From an uncultured Gammaproteobacteria bacterium (lineage in GTDB: Bacteria; Patescibacteriota; Microgenomatia; UBA8517): a DNA stretch of 51,938 nt. The notes under the pieces were generated by a model that made no database searches, was not told where the DNA came from, and saw nothing but the letters and a program-made list of their open reading frames with translations. A program made the translations under genes and the position numbers. The DNA is taken from assembly GCA_964420735.1 (NCBI GenBank), contig CAYQUL010000001.1, positions 1 through 51,938 on the forward strand. Reading direction: 5' to 3'. How positions within the stretch are numbered: position 1 is the stretch's first letter; every line of letters begins with the position of its first letter. Shown in pieces: positions 20,050 to 29,119 of the stretch.

Positions 20050-21321
20050 ATGTACAAAAAAATCTCGCTAGTACTTAAAAATCCGCTAATGTCGGGAAGT
20101 TTCCTGATGATTGGCGGAAGTATGGCAATTAATGTCGTCAATTATATTTATCACCTTTTAATGGGGAGGATATTAGGTCCTGTCGACTATGGTGTTCTTG
20201 CAAGCATCTTTTCACTGCTTTATATCATTTCAATTATTCCGCAATCAGCAAGTGTTACGATTGTAAAATTTATTTCTTCTGCAAAAACAAGCAATGAACG
20301 AGACCACATATCCTATGAGGTTGTCGGGTTTGTGAGAAAAGTTGCCTTGATTGGGGCGATCCTGATTGTTGTTTCTTCACCTTTTATTAGTCATTTTCTT
20401 AATCTCACATCAATAATCCCGGTTCTGCTTGTCGCTCCAGTTTTTTATTACTCAATAATTACCACAGCCCATCAAGCGATTTTGCAGGGGGTGTTGTCGT
20501 TTTTGGGCGTTGTTTCAACTAATGCAATTTCAAGCGTTGGGAAATTATTATTAGGTTTGGGGTTTATTTATCTAGGTTTAAATGTATCAGGAGCGATTTT
20601 TGCAGTAGTTCTTGGCGTCTGGCTTGCCTACATTGCTTCAATTTACTATTTGAAAAAGAAAGTGAGCCCAAGTGCAAAATCCACATCACACTTTAAATTA
20701 GCCACTTTTTTTCGTTTTTCTGGACCAGTGTTAATTCAAGCTTTTGCATTCACCTCACTTTTTACAATCGACCTAATTATTGTAAAACACTTTTTTAGCT
20801 CATATGACGCAGGCGTGTATGCTGCCCTTTCAACACTTGGAAAAATAATCTTTTTTGCAAGCTCTCCAGTGGCCTCTGTTATGTTTCCAATTGTCGCAAA
20901 AAGACACACAAACGGTGAGTCCGCACGGAGTGTTTTAGTTATGTCACTTCTTTTAACAGGGCTCGCCTCTGGTATATTCGTGGCTATTTACTATTATTTG
21001 CCACACCTGACTGTAACTATGCTCTATGGCACAAAATACATTGGAGCTGAGTCAGCTCTTCCCTGGATGGGACTTTTTATAGCGTTTTACAGTTTTTGTC
21101 AGCTGTTGGTTAACTACTTTTTGTCGGTTGGAAGGTTAAAAGTTGTATATCTTCCCCTTGTCGCCGCAATTATTCAAATTATTTTATTAAGTGCTTTGCA
21201 CAACTCACTTGTTCAAGTAATTCAAATATCGCTAGCTATCGTTTTTGTACTGTTTGTATTGCTTCTTAGTATCTTGTCGTATAATCAGCTAACTATTTAT
21301 GGTAAAAAAATCACCGCTTAA
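20050..21321 (+). CDS. Wzx-like oligosaccharide flippase (MOP superfamily polysaccharide biosynthesis protein)
   Basis: 423 aa and about 12 TM helices, with the small-residue-rich pattern typical of Wzx/polysaccharide biosynthesis proteins. Also supported by locus context. Confidence 0.6.
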   Translation: MYKKISLVLKNPLMSGSFLMIGGSMAINVVNYIYHLLMGRILGPVDYGVLASIFSLLYIISIIPQSASVTIVKFISSAKTSNERDHISYEVVGFVRKVALIGAILIVVSSPFISHFLNLTSIIPVLLVAPVFYYSIITTAHQAILQGVLSFLGVVSTNAISSVGKLLLGLGFIYLGLNVSGAIFAVVLGVWLAYIASIYYLKKKVSPSAKSTSHFKLATFFRFSGPVLIQAFAFTSLFTIDLIIVKHFFSSYDAGVYAALSTLGKIIFFASSPVASVMFPIVAKRHTNGESARSVLVMSLLLTGLASGIFVAIYYYLPHLTVTMLYGTKYIGAESALPWMGLFIAFYSFCQLLVNYFLSVGRLKVVYLPLVAAIIQIILLSALHNSLVQVIQISLAIVFVLFVLLLSILSYNQLTIYGKKITA

Positions 21322-22090
21322 AAGACAAAAGCAGATGCTTATCTCGATTGTTGTTCCTGCCTATAAGCAGGAAAAGTTTATTAAAGACGATTTAACAAAT
21401 ATTATTGACACCCTTCAAAAAGGACTGCCTGAAATATATGGCTTTGAAATTATTTGTGTTGTGGATGGAGAGTTAGACAATACAGCGCGTGAAGCCAAAA
21501 AGGTTCGTTCATCTCATATTAAGGTGATTTCATACCCTGAAAATCATGGAAAGGGCTACGCTGTGCGACAGGGAATGAAAGCCGCCAAGGGAGACTTTAT
21601 TTCTTTCCTTGACGCTGGGATGGACATCAGTCCAAAAGGAGTCATGATGCTTTTGGCACACATGGAGTGGTATAACGCAGATGCAATTGTTGGCTCAAAA
21701 AGACACCCAGTCTCTAAGGTAAATTATCCTTTTTTAAGGAAAGTGTTAAGTACTGGATATCATTGGTTTGTGAAACTTGCCTTTGGACTGCCAATTACCG
21801 ACACCCAAAGCGGCATTAAACTTTTTAAAAGGAGTGTTATCGAGAAAATACTACCTCGACTTTTAGTTAAGCGGTATGCAATGGATATCGAAATGTTAGC
21901 GGTAGCCAAGTACTTAGGCTTTGATCGTATATACGAGGCACCGATTGAAGTTACGTTTGATGCCAGAACGAGTGCAATTAAGTGGAGCACGATTTTTAAG
22001 ATGTTGTGGGATAGCCTAGCTGTTTTTTATCGCCTTCGAATTCTCCACTATTATGACGACTCAAACCGAAAAAATTGGTTGACTTCATAA
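21299..22090 (+). CDS. GT2 glycosyltransferase, DPM1-like (polyprenol-phosphate sugar synthase-like)
   Basis: 'ISIVVPAYKQEKFI', 'IICVVDGELDNT', 'FLDAGMD', 'TDTQSGIKLFKRSV'. An alternative start at ATG 21335 is possible. Confidence 0.75.
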   Translation: MVKKSPLKRQKQMLISIVVPAYKQEKFIKDDLTNIIDTLQKGLPEIYGFEIICVVDGELDNTAREAKKVRSSHIKVISYPENHGKGYAVRQGMKAAKGDFISFLDAGMDISPKGVMMLLAHMEWYNADAIVGSKRHPVSKVNYPFLRKVLSTGYHWFVKLAFGLPITDTQSGIKLFKRSVIEKILPRLLVKRYAMDIEMLAVAKYLGFDRIYEAPIEVTFDARTSAIKWSTIFKMLWDSLAVFYRLRILHYYDDSNRKNWLTS

Positions 22091-22092
22091 AT

Positions 22093-23202
22093 ATGAATAT
22101 TTTAGTTTTAAGTTGGCGAGACCCAAAACACCCGATGTCTGGAGGAGCGGAGCAGGTTATGCACGAGCATATGAAAGGCTGGGTTGAGGCAGGCCACACT
22201 GTTACCTTGTTTGCCGCTGCGTTTGGGGGCATTAGTGAGGAAAATGTAGATGGTGTTCACATTGTCCGTCGTGGAAGGCAGATACTTGGTGTTCATTTTG
22301 AAGCCTGTCTTTGGTATCTTTTTGAAAAACATGACCCGTTTGATCTTGTTGTAGATCAATTTCATGGAATTCCATTTTTCACCCCACTTTATTGTCGAAC
22401 AAAGAAACTAGCAGTTGTTCAGGAAGTGGCTCGAAATGTCTGGATGAAAAATCACTTACCATTTCCCTTTAATTTAATTTTTGGAGGAGTGGGGTATGTA
22501 ACAGAGCCACTTTACTATTTATTTTATAAAAAGGTTCCTTTTTTAACTGGCTCCCAGTCTGCAAAGGATGACCTTATTTCAATTGGTATACCAGGTAAAC
22601 ACATAACAATTGTTCCTCATGGCGTTAAGTTGTCTACTCCTAAGGTACTTCCAAAGAAAGAAAAAGTGACAACGGTTACTTTTCTCGGCGCAATCGCAAA
22701 AGACAAAGGAATAGAAGATGCTTTAAGGTGCTTTTCAATTTTAAATAAGAAAGGCACTTATCAATTTTGGGTAATTGGAAAAGCTGGAGAGATTTATTTA
22801 AGGGAAGTTATCGAGATGACCAAAAGACTAAAAATTGCAGATAAGGTTACTTTTTGGGGTTTTGTGAGCGAGGAAGATAAGTTTGATTTACTTGCTCGTT
22901 CTGATGTGATGATAAACCCTTCTGCGCATGAGGGGTGGGGGCTTGTAAACATTGAAGCAAATAGTGTTGGAACTCCAGTGGTGGCTTATCCTTCGGCAGG
23001 TCTAGTTGATTCAGTCAAGAACAATGAAAGTGGTGTCTTAACTCCACAATCAACACCTGAAAGTATTGCTCACGCGGTGATATCAATTACGACAAACAAG
23101 ACTCAGTATATGAAACTTAAGAAAGGTGCGTTGTCTTGGTCAAAAAAGTTCACATGGCCAGCTTCAAAGAAGCAAAGTCTTACTCTTATTGAGTCTCTGT
23201 AA
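22093..23202 (+). CDS. GT4 (GT-B) glycosyltransferase
   Basis: 'INPSAHEGWGLVNIEANSVGTPVVAY'. ATG at 22093 lies right after the upstream stop (22088-22090) and is preferred over the extended 22075. Confidence 0.8.
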   Translation: MNILVLSWRDPKHPMSGGAEQVMHEHMKGWVEAGHTVTLFAAAFGGISEENVDGVHIVRRGRQILGVHFEACLWYLFEKHDPFDLVVDQFHGIPFFTPLYCRTKKLAVVQEVARNVWMKNHLPFPFNLIFGGVGYVTEPLYYLFYKKVPFLTGSQSAKDDLISIGIPGKHITIVPHGVKLSTPKVLPKKEKVTTVTFLGAIAKDKGIEDALRCFSILNKKGTYQFWVIGKAGEIYLREVIEMTKRLKIADKVTFWGFVSEEDKFDLLARSDVMINPSAHEGWGLVNIEANSVGTPVVAYPSAGLVDSVKNNESGVLTPQSTPESIAHAVISITTNKTQYMKLKKGALSWSKKFTWPASKKQSLTLIESL

Positions 23203-23211
23203 TGGGGCTTA

Positions 23212-23220
23212 TGCTACACT
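23212..23220 (+). promoter_or_regulatory. Extended -10 TGcTACACT, 7 nt upstream of ATG 23228
   Basis: Same TGcTACA.T form as at 37088-37096. Confidence 0.3.
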
Positions 23221-23227
23221 TAATTTC

Positions 23228-23455
23228 ATGAGTAACGGCACTACTTTTGAACCCCTAATCTCCATTGTTCCAAACGTGGCTCCTCCACCAAGGAAACCAT
23301 TTATAGCTATTGCTGTTTTGATGACTGTTTTTGTTGTCCTCGCACTTGTGGCTGTTTCAATATATTTGTTTCTAGAAAACAGAAAGCTAGTTAATGAACT
23401 AGAAACATTTCGGAATCCACAAACATTTCCTTTTGTGGCTCCAGTATTGGAATAA
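23228..23455 (+). CDS. Small single-pass membrane protein (about 75 aa), unknown function
   Basis: ATG at 23228 is preceded by an extended -10-like 'TGcTACACT' (23212-23220). It has one strong TM helix, 'FIAIAVLMTVFVVLALVAVSIYLFL'. The upstream part of the listed ORF (23126-) overlaps the GT4 gene. Confidence 0.4.
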   Translation: MSNGTTFEPLISIVPNVAPPPRKPFIAIAVLMTVFVVLALVAVSIYLFLENRKLVNELETFRNPQTFPFVAPVLE

Positions 23456-23473
23456 CTCTTTCTGATTCACCAC

Positions 23474-23502
23474 TTGTTGAGCTAGTAGTTGGGTTATATA
23501 GT
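23474..23502 (+). promoter_or_regulatory. Sigma70-like promoter TTGTTG-17 nt-TATAGT, 11 nt upstream of ATG 23514
   Basis: Hexamers and the 17-nt spacer were counted directly. Confidence 0.35.
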
Positions 23503-23513
23503 ACGTATAGAAT

Positions 23514-24044
23514 ATGAAATACCTTTTCTTATCACTAATTGCGCTTTTGTTTGTTCCACACGTTGTTTTTGCTCATGCAGATGAACTACCAACAGTTGGC
23601 GCGACAGAGTCTGCTTCGATTAATACGTTTGAAGTTTTTTGGCCGCTTACAGCTGGAAAAACACTAGGTGAGAGTTTCTACTTTTTAAAAACTTTAAAGG
23701 AAGACCTGCGAGGAATACTGATTTTTGGAAAACCGGAAAAAGGTGAGTATTTGGTGTTTCGTTCAACTAAGCGAATACTTGAAGCTGAAAACCTGTTAGG
23801 TCGTGAGAAAAATGATTTGGCAAAACAAACTATTGTTACAGCCAATGGCTATTTAACCCAAGCGAAGACAGACTTTGAAGGAGTTACAGGGAAGGATGAC
23901 ATGAAGGCTCAAGTAAAAAATAGATTGGATAATTTAATTATTCTTGTTGATCAGATGACAGCCAAAACCAATGGAGAGGTACACGATCAGCTACACACTA
24001 CTCATACTTTAATAGAGGAGACATTAGTTCTTGTACGTAAGTGA
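23514..24044 (+). CDS. Secreted helical protein, unknown function
   Basis: Sec-type signal peptide 'MKYLFLSLIALLFVPHVVFA/HA' followed by a charged, helix-prone sequence. TTGTTG-17-TATAGT promoter-like element upstream. Confidence 0.55.
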   Translation: MKYLFLSLIALLFVPHVVFAHADELPTVGATESASINTFEVFWPLTAGKTLGESFYFLKTLKEDLRGILIFGKPEKGEYLVFRSTKRILEAENLLGREKNDLAKQTIVTANGYLTQAKTDFEGVTGKDDMKAQVKNRLDNLIILVDQMTAKTNGEVHDQLHTTHTLIEETLVLVRK

Positions 24045-24959
24045 GATTTGCTTCATAGTTTTAATTTCTAATTTTCCTTCATCTACTTTCTTTGACGCAT
24101 AGATAAGTATATCTTCAAAGTCCTTCAGTAATTTTTGAGGTTGATCAGAAAAATCAATAGGGTGACTCCATAGGTGAAAGATCTCACCGTTTTTGACTGC
24201 CTTATCAATTCCACGTTTTGCTTTCCAGGCACGAATTCCTTTTGGAATATATTTTCTCACTCCACGGGCTGAGAGAAAATAAAAAGAGCCAGGGATATTA
24301 ATTAGTTTCTTGTTTGTTTCCGGTAGTACGGTAGATGGGGAAGTAGGGAGTAAAAAATCGAGTATTTGTACTAGGTGTCGTATCTGACTCGGTGCAGACT
24401 CAAACCACTGTCTATCTGCACCACGGTAGGTTGTAAAGCCATATTTTGTAAGAAGATCAAGATGTCCGACAGAGTTTTTAGGGAAAACAAATGAAGTTGC
24501 TTGAGCATTGTTCTTTTTCGCGAGCGATACCCATGCTTGTAAGTCACTTTCTGCGCTTGCCTTCGTGCAGCCCTTTTCCCCCCAAAAAAAATGAGAAAAA
24601 GTATGACAGGCAACTTCATGAATTCCAGACTGTTTAATTAATTTAAACAACCCAAATCCATACCATTCCGGGTTTTTTGAGGAATCTGTCCCAGGATCAC
24701 TTTTAAACCAGTCAGAAGTCGCCCAATCATATTTAGGTCTTTCTATTTCACGATGAAGACCGTCACATGTATCAAGAAACATATGACCAGTTAGTGCCCA
24801 GGTTACAGGAATTTGGTATTTTGCAAAAAGCGATAGCAGCTTAGGTATTGTTTCCCAGTCTTTTTTAGCTCGCCCTCTAAATGTGTCAAATTTCTCTAAA
24901 TGTACACGCCCCCAAATTAGTTCAGTATCGAGTGAAATACAAAGTGTGCCTTTTTTCAT
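24024..24959 (-). CDS. Polysaccharide deacetylase-like (CE4-like) protein
   Basis: 'LCISLDTELIWGR' and 'ACHTFSHFFWG' blocks. ATG at 24959 forms an ATGA overlap with the upstream methyltransferase stop. The 3' end overlaps the convergent gene by 21 nt. Confidence 0.6.
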   Translation of the reverse strand: MKKGTLCISLDTELIWGRVHLEKFDTFRGRAKKDWETIPKLLSLFAKYQIPVTWALTGHMFLDTCDGLHREIERPKYDWATSDWFKSDPGTDSSKNPEWYGFGLFKLIKQSGIHEVACHTFSHFFWGEKGCTKASAESDLQAWVSLAKKNNAQATSFVFPKNSVGHLDLLTKYGFTTYRGADRQWFESAPSQIRHLVQILDFLLPTSPSTVLPETNKKLINIPGSFYFLSARGVRKYIPKGIRAWKAKRGIDKAVKNGEIFHLWSHPIDFSDQPQKLLKDFEDILIYASKKVDEGKLEIKTMKQISLTYKN

Positions 24960-25696
24960 TTTACTAATATCCAAAATGTTGTTGGTGCAATGTACTTTGC
25001 AACTGACGAAACAAGTTTAAATACAACTGGAGGAAAAATGGATAAAACTTTATTATCATATCCAAACACCCTTGGATTTTGAAGTATTTTTTTAGTGTAA
25101 TCAATTTGCTTAAACTTACTGGTAAGCTTCATTAAACCCCAATAAGTGACTGGCGTTTCATAATATTCCTTTTTACCTTTAATACGGACATACACGTTTG
25201 CCAGTGATTTTGGTAAGTATGACAAAAACGGAAGATCATAATGTGGCTCCATCGGCCACAAGGCATTAATTGCTGCAAGATAACATACCCCACTTGGTCT
25301 TAACACACGGTAGAGTTCACTAAACAACTTTTGGACATTTGGGACATGTTCATAGACATGAGTGCAGATAACGACGTCAAAAGCATTATCTTTAAACGTT
25401 AATGCCATTGCATCTTCCTTTTTAAATACTAAATTCGTTTTTTTAAACTTCCTTTTTGCAAAGGCAATTCCACCACCGTCAATGTCAGTGCCAACAACTT
25501 TCTTAAAATACTTGGCTAAATAGTTATCAATGATTCCTGTTGAAGCACCAATGTCCAAAACTGTTAATTCCTTTAGTTTCCCTTTACCATAATACTGTTC
25601 AAGGGTAAGCACAATATGTTTTGCTTTTATCTCGCGAGAATTTGAGTCATACATTTGTGGTCGAATCGAAGCGTATTCGTTTTGATATTTTTTCAT
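24956..25696 (-). CDS. Class I SAM-dependent methyltransferase
   Basis: 'VLDIGASTGIIDNYL' (motif I), 'DVVICTHVYEHVPN', 'LRPSGVCYL'. Confidence 0.8.
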   Translation of the reverse strand: MKKYQNEYASIRPQMYDSNSREIKAKHIVLTLEQYYGKGKLKELTVLDIGASTGIIDNYLAKYFKKVVGTDIDGGGIAFAKRKFKKTNLVFKKEDAMALTFKDNAFDVVICTHVYEHVPNVQKLFSELYRVLRPSGVCYLAAINALWPMEPHYDLPFLSYLPKSLANVYVRIKGKKEYYETPVTYWGLMKLTSKFKQIDYTKKILQNPRVFGYDNKVLSIFPPVVFKLVSSVAKYIAPTTFWILVK

Positions 25697-25741
25697 CTCA
25701 ATAGTATTGTACTAAATTAGCAGTATAATTGGTGAGCATTT
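25697..25741. promoter_or_regulatory. 45-nt divergent promoter region
   Basis: On the + strand, TATAAT at 25724-25729 is followed by a GGTGAG SD-like element before ATG 25742. On the - strand, TACAAT (25706-25711) lies 9 nt upstream of the ATG at 25696. Confidence 0.4.
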
Positions 25742-26581
25742 ATGAAACGTATTTTACTGACTGGATCAAACGGTTTTATCGGAAGCGCACTGAATACCTC
25801 ATTTACTGGTAAATACGATGTGCGAGTCTTAGAGCGAGAAAAGTATCCTTTTCAGGACAAGGCGAAATTAATTGAAGCGTGTACTGACATTGATGTTGTC
25901 GTCCATGTTGGGGGACTAACAAGAGGAAATTCAGACGAGTTAATAGAGGCAAATACCGTCAACACGATTCGCCTTTTTGAAGCAGCTTGTGCAGTGGCCC
26001 AACCGATTCGTTTTGTTTTTGCCTCATCTTTTGCTGTATATCAGGGGTCGACTGACTTACTGACTGGAGACTCTGACTTGAATCCTCGTAACATATATGG
26101 CTTTTCAAAAAAGTGGGCTGAGGAGGCACTTACCTTTAGGCAAAATAATATAGAAGTTGTGTCTCTTCGAATAGCAAATGTTTTTGGCCCAAAAGTTCCC
26201 CCATTTGCACAGTCAGTCATTGCGACATTTATTGAGCAGATTAAAAAAGAACTCCCAGTAACCGTAAATGGAGATGGGAACCAAGCAAGAGATTTTGTCT
26301 TTATCTCAGACGTTGTTGCTGCGTTTCGCGCAGCAATTGATGCAGCACTTACAAACCCTCACATGACCTACAATATCTGTTCTGGTGTACATACAAGCTT
26401 AAATGACGTAATAAATGGCGTGGCTGAGACTCTTCACAAACAAGTAACTGTCACATATAACCCAGGTGAGAAAGAGACAGTCACTTGGATCGGAGACTTT
26501 GCAAAAGCAAAAAAAGAGTTACACTGGGAGCCTCAAGTAACACTTAAGAAAGGAATTGAACTATGCGTATCGGAATCTTAA
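25742..26581 (+). CDS. NAD-dependent epimerase/dehydratase (extended SDR)
   Basis: 'ILLTGSNGFIGSAL' (GxxGxxG) and 'YGFSKKWAE' (YxxxK). Confidence 0.8.
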   Translation: MKRILLTGSNGFIGSALNTSFTGKYDVRVLEREKYPFQDKAKLIEACTDIDVVVHVGGLTRGNSDELIEANTVNTIRLFEAACAVAQPIRFVFASSFAVYQGSTDLLTGDSDLNPRNIYGFSKKWAEEALTFRQNNIEVVSLRIANVFGPKVPPFAQSVIATFIEQIKKELPVTVNGDGNQARDFVFISDVVAAFRAAIDAALTNPHMTYNICSGVHTSLNDVINGVAETLHKQVTVTYNPGEKETVTWIGDFAKAKKELHWEPQVTLKKGIELCVSES

Positions 26582-27693
26582 CTCACAATTTCCCCGCCAC
26601 AAGTCAAGAAAGAAAGGATGCTGGCATTTTTTTATATGATTTTGCTCAGGAACTTGCAAAAAGCCACAAAGTGTTTGTATTGTGCCCTTCTTTTGAAGGA
26701 AAAAAAGAGAAGTATACGAAAGTGCCGGTTACCTATTTTCCTTGGAAAGGAGGAAAAAACAAGCTTGGTGACTTTAAACCTACCAGTCCATCTTCACTCA
26801 TTCAATTTGTTTCTCTGCTTAAAAACGGACGTAGAGCTTCAGAGGCGTTTGTAACGAACAATAAACTGGACTACATAATTGCTGCCTGGGCATTCCCTTC
26901 AGGAGACTTTGCCTACTATGCTCACAAAAAAACTGGCGTGCCATATGCCGTGTGGACCTTAGGGTCTGATATGAATAAGTTTATTCACTATCCGTTCTTA
27001 AAACAGCTCATTATTCGTTCTCTTAAAGCGGCAAACCTTCGGATTGCAAACAGCCATGCACTCATAAAGAAGGTTGAATTAGTATCACACCGGCCATGTC
27101 AATTCTTGCCTGCAGTGACTAACCTTTCAGAGGGTGTTGTTAATGTAGAGCGAGATAAAAACGTGTTTACGTTTCTGTATGTTGGCCGCCTTGAGTCCGT
27201 CAAGGGCCCTGATATTTTACTTGAAGCTTGTGAAAAACTACCCTTAGGCAATTGGAAAATAGAAATTGGAGGCGACGGTACGTTAGAAAAATCTTTACAC
27301 AAAACAAAAACACACAGTAAGCACAATGAACGGATCGACTTTTTGGGCAGACTTGACGGAAAGCTTGTAGCTGACCAAATGAAAAAGGCTGACTGTCTTG
27401 TTGTCCCTTCGAGAAATGAAAGTTTACCACTTGTTATTATTGAAGCAGCACGAAATGGCTTACCAGTTATTGCAACCGATGTAGGGGATTGCAAGCACAT
27501 TATCAAACAATACAATGTAGGGTACGTTGCTCGTCCAAATGACGCCAACTCACTTTACACAAAAATGAAAAAAGCACTGCAAACAAAAGGATTTAGAAAA
27601 AGATTTGGAAAAGGAACAAATGCTCTTGCTCGTGATTTTACTCAGGAAAAAGTGATTGCCCATTTTAATAACTATGTTAAAGGTAAAAACTAA
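26563..27693 (+). CDS. GT4 (GT-B) glycosyltransferase
   Basis: 'LVVPSRNESLPLVIIEAARNGLPVIATDVGD'. Confidence 0.8.
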   Translation: MRIGILTHNFPATSQERKDAGIFLYDFAQELAKSHKVFVLCPSFEGKKEKYTKVPVTYFPWKGGKNKLGDFKPTSPSSLIQFVSLLKNGRRASEAFVTNNKLDYIIAAWAFPSGDFAYYAHKKTGVPYAVWTLGSDMNKFIHYPFLKQLIIRSLKAANLRIANSHALIKKVELVSHRPCQFLPAVTNLSEGVVNVERDKNVFTFLYVGRLESVKGPDILLEACEKLPLGNWKIEIGGDGTLEKSLHKTKTHSKHNERIDFLGRLDGKLVADQMKKADCLVVPSRNESLPLVIIEAARNGLPVIATDVGDCKHIIKQYNVGYVARPNDANSLYTKMKKALQTKGFRKRFGKGTNALARDFTQEKVIAHFNNYVKGKN

Positions 27694-29089
27694 GAGAGTA
27701 TTAATTGTAGGTGCTGGTGTCGCTGGGCAAGACGTTGTGAGGGAAATAAAGTCAGATCCTGAATTAGGACTAAAGACCGTTGGGTTCATTGATGATAATC
27801 TAAACGTAGGCGAGAAAGTCTATGGGTATCCCGTTTTAGGAAAACGCAATAACCTATCAAAGTTGTTGCGAGAAAAAAAGATTAATCAAGTAATTATTGC
27901 AATTCCTTCAGCCGAAGGAAAGGCAATTGCAGAATATGTAAAAATTTGTAGTAACGCTCGGGTTGCTGCAAGGATTGTCCCGAGAGTAAAAGAAATTATT
28001 GAAGGTAAGGCACATATCAGAACATTACGTGAGGTGCGTGTGGAGGACTTACTAGGTCGCCCCGTTGTTAAGTCAGATGTTAACGCACTCCACGATTTTT
28101 TTGGTAATAAAACTGTATTGATTACTGGTGCAGCGGGATCAATTGGTTCTGAATTATCGAGACAAGTTGCAGCATACAAACCTGCAAAAGTGATTCTTTT
28201 AGATTGGTGGGAAAACGGGTTGTTTGACTTACAGCAAGAGCTTATTATACTTTTTCCTCAGGTAGACATCTCCTTTGTTATTTGTAATATTCAAGATAAG
28301 ACTTCGCTTAATCGAGTGTTTGCTTTATATAGACCTCATATTGTTTTTCATGCAGCGGCTTACAAGCATGTTCCACTTATGGAGCAGCACCCTGATCAGG
28401 CGGTTCGCAACAATGTGTTTGGGACACTAAATGTGGCAACGATCTCAAAAAAAGTTGGAGTTGAGCGGTTTGTTTTAATCTCAACGGATAAGGCTGCAAG
28501 TCCGGTAAGCGTTATGGGCGCGACTAAACTGGTGACTGAAGGAATTGGCAAAAAACTTAATGGAAAAACTAAGTATATGGCCGTTAGATTTGGAAATGTT
28601 CTTGATAGTTTTGGAAGTGTCATTCCTACATTTAAAAAACAGATTGCTCGAGGAGGTCCGGTCACAATTACCGATAAACGAATGACTCGTTACTTTATGA
28701 CAATTCCTGAAGCAGCGCAGCTTATTCTTAAAGCAGCGCAAATGGGAATGGGGGGAGAGCTCTTTGTTCTGGATATGGGTGAGCCTGTAAAAATAATTGA
28801 TTTGGCAGAAAACCTGATTCGGCTCACAGGACTTATTCCAGGAAAAGATATTGATATAGTTTACACAGGTAAACGACCTGGTGAGAAATTGAAAGAAAAG
28901 TTACTGAACGAAAAAGAAGTGTTAGCTAAAACAGCCGACCCTAAAATTTCAAAAACCGAGAGTCTTGGGTTTGATATCTCCAAGCTTGATGCCACACTTC
29001 ATTTGCTTGAAGCGCTAATGCTTACAGGAGACAAAGTGAAAATAGTTAAAGCATTATCAAAACTAATACCAAGTTTTAAAGTTCGTTGA
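27674..29089 (+). CDS. CapD/PglF/WbpM-like nucleotide-sugar 4,6-dehydratase lacking the usual N-terminal TM anchor
   Basis: 'VLIVGAGVAGQ' N-terminal Rossmann fold, 'VLITGAAGSIGSEL', 'AAAYKHVPLME', 'ISTDKAASPVSVMGATKLV'. ATG at 27674 is preferred. Confidence 0.8.
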   Translation: MLKVKTKRVLIVGAGVAGQDVVREIKSDPELGLKTVGFIDDNLNVGEKVYGYPVLGKRNNLSKLLREKKINQVIIAIPSAEGKAIAEYVKICSNARVAARIVPRVKEIIEGKAHIRTLREVRVEDLLGRPVVKSDVNALHDFFGNKTVLITGAAGSIGSELSRQVAAYKPAKVILLDWWENGLFDLQQELIILFPQVDISFVICNIQDKTSLNRVFALYRPHIVFHAAAYKHVPLMEQHPDQAVRNNVFGTLNVATISKKVGVERFVLISTDKAASPVSVMGATKLVTEGIGKKLNGKTKYMAVRFGNVLDSFGSVIPTFKKQIARGGPVTITDKRMTRYFMTIPEAAQLILKAAQMGMGGELFVLDMGEPVKIIDLAENLIRLTGLIPGKDIDIVYTGKRPGEKLKEKLLNEKEVLAKTADPKISKTESLGFDISKLDATLHLLEALMLTGDKVKIVKALSKLIPSFKVR

Positions 29090-29114
29090 TTCGTGCTTCA
29101 CTTGATGAGACAAT
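29086..29114 (+). promoter_or_regulatory. Sigma70-like promoter TTGATT-17 nt-GACAAT, 5 nt upstream of ATG 29120
   Basis: The -35 hexamer overlaps the capD-like stop codon. Spacing was counted directly. Confidence 0.35.
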
Positions 29115-29119
29115 AGCCC

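Noticed and set aside
27099-27548. 149-aa and 76-aa ORFs antisense to the GT4 gene 26563-27693.
   Set aside because: Same reasoning: the sense strand carries the GT4 E-x7-E motif region, and the antisense translation is low complexity.
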